A DNA stretch of 64,000 bases from assembly GCA_964057225.1 (NCBI GenBank), contig OZ059897.1:1426001-1490000 (forward strand), in the 5' to 3' direction. Source of the DNA: Auanema rhodensis. Taxonomy: Eukaryota; Animalia; Nematoda. The position numbers and the translations under genes were made by a program. Under the pieces are notes generated by a model. The model saw only the letters and a program-made list of their open reading frames with translations. It ran no database searches and was not told where the DNA came from. This document shows, in pieces, positions 54,801 to 64,000 of the stretch. Each line of letters opens with the position of its first letter. Within the stretch, counting starts at the first letter, position 1.

Positions 54801-57800
54801 ATGCATCATTTTTCAAACAATCATAAATAATTTTTGTATTGAGCGTTTCTTAATGTGGTATAGTGCATTCGAAACAAATGTTTAAGCTGCGTCGATCTGT
54901 GTTATCAGATTTGCGCTAGCTTAAAAATGCACCGAGATATCAACTGATATAAGTTCACACTTATATCCTCGATTTTCACCCTGAAGAATTAATTTTTTTT
55001 GTTGAATAACATTGTCCATCGTTTTCGCCTTGAAAAAAGGAATCTAAAAACATCTACTCTTCGTTAAATTATCTTGAAATTTTTCGGGAAAATTTTTGTC
55101 AAAATGTTTTTGGAAGCAATGTTGAGTGTACATGGAAACTCAACATACACTAATGCATCATTTTTCAAACAATCATAAATAATTTTTGTATTGAGCGTTT
55201 CTTAATGTGGTATAGTGCATTCGAAACAAATGTTTAAGCTGCGTCGATCTGTGTTATCAGATTTGCGCTAGCTTAAAAATGCACCGAGATATCAACTGAT
55301 ATAAGTTCATACTTATATCCTCGATTTTCACCCTGAAGAATTAATTTTTTCGTTGAATAAAATTGTCCATCGTCTTCGCAATAAGAAAAGGAATCTAAGA
55401 ACATCTAGTTTTTGTAAAATTATCTTGAAATTTTTCGGGAAAATTTTTGTCAAAATGTTTTTGGAAGCAATGTTGAGTGTACATGGAAACTCAACATACA
55501 CTAATGCATCATTTTTCAAACAATCATAAATAATTTTTGTATTGAGCGTTTCTCAATGTAGTATAGTGCATTCGATGCGGATTTTTAAGCTGCGTCGATC
55601 TGTCTTATCCGATTTGCGCTAGCTTAAAAATGCACCAAGATATCAACTGATATAAGTTCACACTTATATCCTCGATTTTCACCCTGAAGAATTAATTTTT
55701 TCGTTGAAAAACATTGTCCATGGTCTTCGCCTTAAAAAAAGGAAATTAGAAACATTTACTGTCTGTAAAATTATCTTGAAATTTTTCGGGATAATTTTTG
55801 TCAAAATGTTTTTGAAGCAATGTTGAGTGTACATGGAAACTCAACATACACTAATGCATCATTTTTCAAACAATCATAAATAGTTTTTGTATTGAGCGTT
55901 TCTCAATGTTATATAGTGCATTCGATGCGGATTTCTAAGCTGCGTCGATCTGTGTTATCAGATTTGCCTAGCTTAAAAATGCACCGAGATATCAACTGAT
56001 ATAAGTTCACACTTATATCCTCGATTTTCACCCTGAAGAATTAATTTTTTCGTTGAATAAAATTGTCCATCGTCTTCGCAATAAGAAAAAAAATCTAAGA
56101 ACATCTAGTTTTTGTAAAATTATCTTGAAATTTTTCGGGAAAATTTTTGTCAAAATGTTTTTGGAAGCAATGTTGAGTGTACATGGAAACTCAACATACA
56201 CTAATGCATCATTTTTCAAACAATCATAAATAATTTTTGTATTGAGCGTTTCTCAATGTAGTATAGTGCATTCGATGCGGATTTTCAAGCTGCGTCGATC
56301 TGTGTTATCAGATTTGCGCTAGCTTAAAAATGCACCGAGATATCAACTGATATAAGTTCACACTTATATCCTCGATTTTCACCCTGAAGAATTAATTTTT
56401 TCGTTGAATAAAATTGTCCATCGTCTTTGCAATAAGAAAAGGAATCTAAGAACATCTAGTTTTTGTAAAATTATCTTGAAATTTTTCGGGAAAAGTTTTG
56501 TCAAAATGTTTTTGGAAGCAATGTTGAGTGTACATGGAAACTCAACATACACTAATGCATCATTTTTCAAACAATCATAAATAATTTTTGTATTGAGCGT
56601 TTCTCAATGTTATATAGTGCATTCGATACGGATTTTCAAGCTGCGTCGATCTGTGTTATCAGATTTGCGCTAGCTTAAAAATGCACCGAGATATCAACTG
56701 ATATAAGTTCACACTTATATCCTCGATTTTCACCCTGAAGAATTAATTTTTTCGTTGAATAAAATTGTCCATCGTCTTTGCAATAAGAAAAGGAATCTAA
56801 GAACATCTAGTTTTTGTAAAATTATCTTGAAATTTTTCGGGAAAATTTTTGTCAAAATGTTTTTGGAAGCAATGTTGAGTGTACATGGAAACTCAACATA
56901 CACTAATGCATCATTTTTCAAACAATCATAAATAATTTTTGTATTGAGCGTTTCTCAATGTTATATAGTGCATTCGATGCGGATTTCTAAGCTGCGTCGA
57001 TCTGTGTTATTAGATTTGCGCTAGCTTAAAAATGCACCGAGATATCAACTGATATAAATTCACACTTATATCCTCGATTTTCACCCTGAAGAATTAATTT
57101 TTTCGTTGAATAACATTGTCCATCGTCTTTGCCTTAAGAAAAGGAATCTAAAAACATATACTTTTCGTGAAATTATCTTGAAATTTTTCGGGAAAATTTT
57201 TGTCAAAATGTTTTTGGAAGCAATGTTGAGTGTACATGGAAACTCAACATACACTAATGCATCATTTTTCAAACAATCATAAATAATTTTTGTATTGAGC
57301 GTTTCTCAATGTGGTATAGTGCATTCGAAACAAATGTTTAAGCTGCGTCGATCTGTGTTATCAGATTTGCGCTAGCTTAAAAATGCACCGAGATATCAAC
57401 TGATATAAGTTCACACTTATATCCTCGATTTTCACCCTGAAGAATTAATTTTTTCGTTGAATAACATTGTCCATCGTTTTCGCCTTGAAAAAAGGAATCT
57501 AAAAACATCTACTCTTCGTTAAATTATCTTGAAATTTTTCGGGAAAATTTTTGTCAAAATGTTTTTGGAAGCAATGTTGAGTGTACATGGAAACTCAACA
57601 TACACTAATGCATCATTTTTCAAACAATCATAAATAATTTTTGTATTGAGCGTTTCTCAATGTGGTATAGTGCATTCGAAACAAATGTTTAAGCTGCGTC
57701 GATCTGTGTTATCAGATTTGCGCTAGCTTAAAAATGCACCGAGATATCAACTGATATAAGTTCACACTTATATCCTCGATTTTCACCCTGAAGAATTAAT

Positions 57801-59880
57801 TTTTTCGTTGAAAAACATTGTCCATGGTCTTCGCCTTAAAAAAAGGAAATTAGAAACATTTACTGTCTGTAAAATTATCTTGAAATTTTTCGGGATAATT
57901 TTTGTCAAAATGTTTTTGAAGCAATGTTGAGTGTACATGGAAACTCAACATACACTAATGCATCATTTTTCAAACAATCATAAATAGTTTTTGTATTGAG
58001 CGTTTCTCAATGTTATATAGTGCATTCGATGCGGATTTCTAAGCTGCGTCGATCTGTGTTATCAGATTTGCCTAGCTTAAAAATGCACCGAGATATCAAC
58101 TGATATAAGTTCACACTTATATCCTCGATTTTCACCCTGAAGAATTAATTTTTTCGTTGAATAAAATTGTCCATCGTCTTCGCAATAAGAAAAAAATCTA
58201 AGAACATCTAGTTTTTGTAAAATTATCTTGAAATTTTTCGGGAAAATTTTTGTCAAAATGTTTTTGGAAGCAATGTTGAGTGTACATGGAAACTCAACAT
58301 ACACTAATGCATCATTTTTCAAACAATCATAAATAATTTTTGTATTGAGCGTTTCTCAATGTAGTATAGTGCATTCGATGCGGATTTTCAAGCTGCGTCG
58401 ATCTGTGTTATCAGATTTGCGCTAGCTTAAAAATGCACCGAGATATCAACTGATATAAGTTCACACTTATATCCTCGATTTTCACCCTGAAGAATTAATT
58501 TTTTCGTTGAATAAAATTGTCCATCGTCTTTGCAATAAGAAAAGGAATCTAAGAACATCTAGTTTTTGTAAAATTATCTTGAAATTTTTCGGGAAAAGTT
58601 TTGTCAAAATGTTTTTGGAAGCAATGTTGAGTGTACATGGAAACTCAACATACACTAATGCATCATTTTTCAAACAATCATAAATAATTTTTGTATTGAG
58701 CGTTTCTCAATGTTATATAGTGCATTCGATACGGATTTTCAAGCTGCGTCGATCTGTGTTATCAGATTTGCGCTAGCTTAAAAATGCACCGAGATATCAA
58801 CTGATATAAGTTCACACTTATATCCTCGATTTTCACCCTGAAGAATTAATTTTTTCGTTGAATAAAATTGTCCATCGTCTTTGCAATAAGAAAAGGAATC
58901 TAAGAACATCTAGTTTTTGTAAAATTATCTTGAAATTTTTCGGGAAAATTTTTGTCAAAATGTTTTTGGAAGCAATGTTGAGTGTACATGGAAACTCAAC
59001 ATACACTAATGCATCATTTTTCAAACAATCATAAATAATTTTTGTATTGAGCGTTTCTCAATGTTATATAGTGCATTCGATGCGGATTTCTAAGCTGCGT
59101 CGATCTGTGTTATTAGATTTGCGCTAGCTTAAAAATGCACCGAGATATCAACTGATATAAATTCACACTTATATCCTCGATTTTCACCCTGAAGAATTAA
59201 TTTTTTCGTTGAATAACATTGTCCATCGTCTTCGCCTTAAGAAAAGGAATCTAAAAACATATACTTTTCGTGAAATTATCTTGAAATTTTTCGGGAAAAT
59301 TTTTGTCAAAATGTTTTTGGAAGCAATGTTGAGTGTACATGGAAACTCAACATACACTAATGCATCATTTTTCAAACAATCATAAATAATTTTTGTATTG
59401 AGCGTTTCTCAATGTGGTATAGTGCATTCGAAACAAATGTTTAAGCTGCGTCGATCTGTGTTATCAGATTTGCGCTAGCTTAAAAATGCACCGAGATATC
59501 AACTGATATAAGTTCACACTTATATCCTCGATTTTCACCCTGAAGAATTAATTTTTTCGTTGAATAACATTGTCCATCGTTTTCGCCTTGAAAAAAGGAA
59601 TCTAAAAACATCTACTCTTCGTTAAATTATCTTGAAATTTTTCGGGAAAATTTTTGTCAAAATGTTTTTGGAAGCAATGTTGAGTGTACATGGAAACTCA
59701 ACATACACTAATGCATCATTTTTCAAACAATCATAAATAATTTTTGTATTGAGCGTTTCTCAATGTGGTATAATGCATTCGAAACAAATGTTTAAGCTGC
59801 GTCGATCTGTGTTATCAGATTTGCGCTAGCTTAAAAATGCACCGAGATATCAACTGATATAAGTTCACACTTATATCCTC
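51770..59880. repeat. 11-monomer (3860 bp) and 6-monomer (2103-2104 bp) echoes
   Basis: GCACCAAGA 51777/55637. TACTGTCTG 51901/55761/57865. AAAAGTTTTG 56495/58598. Confidence 0.85.
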
Positions 59881-62289
59881 GATTTTCACCCTGAAGAATT
59901 AATTTTTTCGTTGAATAACATTGTCCATCGTTTTCGCCTTGAAAAAAGGAATCTAAAAACATCTACTCTTCGTTAAATTATCTTGAAATTTTTCGGGAAA
60001 ATTTTTGTCAAAATGTTTTTGGAAGCAATGTTGAGTGTACATGGAAACTCAACATACACTAATGCATCATTTTTCAAACAATCATAAATAATTTTTGTAT
60101 TGAGCGTTTCTCAATGTGGTATAGTGCATTCGAAACAAATGTTTAAGCTGCGTCGATCTGTGTTATCAGATTTGCGCTAGCTTAAAAATGCACCGAGATA
60201 TCAACTGATATAAGTTCACACTTATATCCTCGATTTTCACCCTGAAGAATTAATTTTTTCGTTGAATAAAATTGTCCATCGTCTTCGCAATAAGAAAAGG
60301 AATCTAAGAACATCTAGTTTTTGTAAAATTATCTTGAAATTTTTCGGGAAAATTTTTGTCAAAATGTTTTTGGAAGCAATGTTGAGTGTACATGGAAACT
60401 CAACATACACTAATGCATCATTTTTCAAACAATCATAAATAATTTTTGTATTGAGCGTTTCTCAATGTGGTATAGTGCATTCGAAACAAATGTTTAAGCT
60501 GCGTCGATCTGTGTTATCAGATTTGCGCTAGCTTAAAAATGCACCGAGATATCAACTGATATAAGTTCACACTTATATCCTCGATTTTCACCCTGAAGAA
60601 TTAATTTTTTCGTTGAATAATAATGTCCATCGTCTTCGCCTTGAAAAAAGGAATCTAAAAACTTCTACTCTTCGTTAAATTATCTTGAAATTTTTCGGAA
60701 AAATTTTTGTCAAAATGTTTTTGGAAGCAATGTTGAGTGTACATGGAAACTCAACATACAATAATGCATCATTTTTCAAACAATCATAAATAATTTTTGT
60801 ATTGAGCGTTATTCAATGTAGTATAGTGCATTCGATGCGGATTTTTAAGCTGCGTCGATCTGTGTTATCAGATTTGCGCTAGCTTAAAAATGCACCGAGA
60901 TATCAACTGATATAAGTTCACACTTATATCCTCGATTTTCACCCTGAAGAATTAATTTTTTCGTTGAATAACATTGTCCATCGTTTTCGCCTTAAAAAAA
61001 GGAATCTAAGAACATCTAGTTTTTGTAAAATTATCTTGAAATTTTTCGGGAAAATTTTTGTCAAAATGTTTTTGGAAGCAATGTTGAGTGTACATGGAAA
61101 CTCAACATACACTAATGCATCATTTTTCAAACAATCATAAATAATTTTTGTATTGAGCGTTTCTCAATGTGGTATAGTGCATTCGAAACAAATGTTTAAG
61201 CTGCGTCGATCTGTGTTATCAGATTTGCGCTAGCTTAAAAATGCACCGAGATATCAACTGATATAAGTTCACACTTATATCCTCGATTTTCACCCTGAAG
61301 AATTAATTTTTTCGTTGAATAATAATGTCCATCGTCTTCGCCTTGAAAAAAGGAATCTAAAAACTTCTACTCTTCGTTAAATTATCTTGAAATTTTTCGG
61401 AAAAATTTTTGTCAAAATGTTTTTGGAAGCAATGTTGAGTGTACATGGAAACTCAACATACACTAATGCATCATTTTTCAAACAATCATAAATAATTTTT
61501 GTATTGAGCGTTTCTCAATGTGGTATAGTGCATTCGAAACAAATGTTTAAGCTGCGTCGATCTGTGTTATCAGATTTGCGCTAGCTTAAAAATGCACCGA
61601 GATATCAACTGATATAAGTTCACACTTATATCCTCGATTTTCACCCTGAAGAATTAATTTTTTCGTTGAATAATAATGTCCATCGTCTTCGCCTTGAAAA
61701 AAGGAATCTAAAAACTTCTACTCTTCGTTAAATTATCTTGAAATTTTTCGGGAAAATTTTTGTCAAAATGTTTTTGGAAGCAATGTTGAGTGTACATGGA
61801 AACTCAACATACACTAATGCATCATTTTTCAAACAATCATAAATAATTTTTGTATTGAGCGTTTCTCAATGTGGTATAGTGCATTCGAAACAAATGTTTA
61901 AGCTGCGTCGATCTGTGTTATCAGATTTGCGCTAGCTTGAAAATGCACCGAGATATCAACTGATATAAGTTCACACTTATATCCTCGATTTTCACCCTGA
62001 AGAATTAATTTCTTCGTTGAATAACATTGTCCATCGTCTTTGCCTTGAAAAAAGAAATCTAAAAACATCTACTTTTCGTAAAATTATCTTGAAATTTTTC
62101 AGGAAAATTTTTGTCAAAATGTTTTTGGAAGCAATGTTGAGTGTACATGGAAACTCAACATACACTAATGCATCATTTTTCAAACAATCATAAATAATTT
62201 TTGTATTGAGCGTTTATCAATGTAGTATAGTGCATTCGATGCGGATTTTTAAGCTGCGTCGATCTGTGTTATCAGATTTGCGCTAGCTT

Positions 62290-64000
62290 AGAAATGCACC
62301 GAGATATCAACTGATATAAGTTCACACTTATATCCTCGATTTTCACCCTGAAGAATTAATTTTTTCGTTGAATAACATTGTCCATCGTCTTCGCCTGGAA
62401 AAAAGAAATCTAAAAACATCTACTTTTGGTAGAATTATTTTGAAATTTTTCAGGAAAATTTTGTCTTTTGTCAAAATGTTTTTGGAATCAATGTTGAGTG
62501 TACATGGAAACTCAACATACACTAATGCAACATTTTTCAAACGATCATAACTAATTTTTGTATTGAGCGTTTCTTAATGTATTATAGTGCATTCGATGCG
62601 GATTTTTAAGCTGCTTCGATCTGTGTTATCAGATTTGCGCTAGCTTAAAAATGCACCAAGATATCAACTGATATAAGTTCACACTTATATCCTCGATTTT
62701 CACCCTGAAGAATTAATTTTTTCGTTGATTAACATTGTCCATCGTCTTTGCCTTGAAAAAAGGAATCTAAAAACATCTACATTTGTGAAATTATTTTGAA
62801 ATTTTTTGGCAAAATTTTTGTCAAAATGTTTTTGGAAGCAATGTTGAGTGTACATGGAAACTCAACATACACTAATGCATCATTTTTCAAACGATCATAA
62901 CTAATTTTTGTATTGAGCGTTTTTTAATGTATTATAGTGCATTCGATACGGATTTTTAAGCTGCTTCGATCTGTGTTATCAGATTTGCGCTAGCAAAGAA
63001 ATGCACCGAGATATCAACTGATATAAGTTCACACTTATATCCTCGATTTTCACCCTGAAGAATTAATTTTTTCGTTGATTAACATTGTCCATCGTCTTTG
63101 CCTTGAAAAAAGGAATCTAAAAACATTTACTTTTTGTGAAATTATTTTGAAATTTTTTGGCAAAATTTTTGTCAAAATGTTTTTGAAAGCAATGTTGAGT
63201 GTATATGGAAACTCAACATACACTAATGCAACATTTTTCAAACGATCATAACTAATTTTTGTATTGAGCGTTTCTGAATGTATTATAGTGCATTCGATGC
63301 GGATTTTTAAGCTGCTTCGATCTGTGTTATCAGATTTGCGCTAGCTTAAAAATGCACCGAGATATCAACTGATATAAGTTCACACTTATATCCTCGATTT
63401 TCACCCTGAAGAATTAATTTTTTCGTTGATTAACATTGTCCATCGTCTTTGCCTTGAAAAAAGGAATCTAAAAACATCTACTTTTTGTGAAATTATTTTG
63501 AAATTTTTTGGCAAAATTTTTGTCAAAATGTTTTTGGAAGCAATGTTGAGTGTACATGGAAACTCAACATACACTAATGCATCATTTTTCAAACGATCAT
63601 AACCAATTTTTGTATTGAGCGTTTTTTAATGTATTATAGTGCATTCGATACGGATTTTTAAGCTGCTTCGATCTGTGTTATCAGATTTGCGCTAGCAAAG
63701 AAATGCACCGAGATATCAACTGATATAAGTTCACACTTATATCCTCGATTTTCATCCTGAAGAATTAATTTTTTCGTTGATTAACATTGTCCATCGTCTT
63801 TGCCTTGAAAAAAGGAATCTAAAAACATCTACTTTTGTGAAATTATTTTGAAATTTTTTGGCAAAATTTTTGTCAAAATGTTTTTGAAAGCAATGTTGAG
63901 TGTACATGGAAACTCAACATACACTAATGCAACATTTTTCAAACGATCATAACTAATTTTTGTATTGAGCGTTTCTTAATGTATTATAGTGCATTCGATG
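62290..64000. repeat. Divergent monomer subfamily at the right edge
   Basis: New alleles GTTGATTAAC, TTTTGGCAAAA, TAGCAAAGAAATG and AATGCAACAT, plus several indels. Confidence 0.88.

Larger units (their letters stand above)
1..64000. repeat. Tandem satellite DNA array, ~351-bp AT-rich monomer, ~182 head-to-tail copies, extends beyond both window edges
   Basis: AATGTTTTTGGAAGCAATGTTGAG recurs at 1, 352, 703 and onward. ORF-track anchors step by 351 (occasionally 350). 226 to 63401 = 180x351-5. Every copy is in the same orientation with no unique sequence. Confidence 0.99.

Noticed and set aside
62368-62550. 60-aa plus-strand ORF
   Set aside because: A chance product of one divergent monomer, antisense to the repeated ORF, with a non-ATG start and no recognisable motif.
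226-63592. Repeated 63-aa minus-strand ORF (MKNDALVYVEF...) as a tandem or diversifying peptide gene family
   Set aside because: The start codon is TTG, not ATG. All H monomers carry an in-frame TAA and two A copies carry TGA (1685, 15724). Frameshifts occur near 5527, 51954, 55814, 57918, 58190, 62783 and 63835. The F/K/I/L/N-rich composition simply mirrors the A/T tracts. The in-frame +3 (~5200) and +6 (~62465) indels are outnumbered by 1-bp indels.
1-64000. CRISPR array or integron/variable-cassette array (palindromic constant blocks alternating with variable segments)
   Set aside because: The variable segments are homologous alleles differing by point changes, not unique spacers or cassettes. 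There are no cas, integrase or recombinase genes.
1-64000. Chironomid-type complex telomeric repeat (176/340/350-bp units)
   Set aside because: The size and subfamily structure are reminiscent, but G and C are balanced on this strand (58/53), I recognise no sequence match, and chromosomal position is unknown.
1-64000. Assembly artefact or concatemer
   Set aside because: The monomers fall into many distinct subtypes with hierarchically shared private SNPs, which is the pattern of real evolutionary turnover. Individual near-perfect duplications still need read confirmation.

Overview
The whole 64-kb window is one uninterrupted, single-orientation, head-to-tail tandem array of an AT-rich ~351-bp monomer. 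There are about 182 copies, and the first monomer is ~32% GC by hand count. This is eukaryotic-type satellite DNA. I see no genes, RNA genes, CRISPR array, transposon insertion or inversion. The repeated 63-aa ORF is an artefact of the monomer: it starts at TTG and is broken by stops or frameshifts in many copies. The structure worth noting has three parts. (1) Each monomer carries four dyad symmetries arranged as two pairs spaced ~175-177 bp apart, suggesting an ancient dimer of nucleosome-sized half-units. (2) Variation is clustered into two hypervariable modules separated by near-invariant blocks, and the modules reassort between monomers. (3) Monomer subtypes form a patchwork of nested higher-order duplications (2-, 3-, 4-, 6-, 9-, 11-, 12- and 14-mers, plus ~38-40-monomer long-range echoes), traceable through private SNPs, with a divergent subfamily taking over at the right end. 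I do not recognise the satellite family or the species. I found no evidence of a novel protein-coding system.
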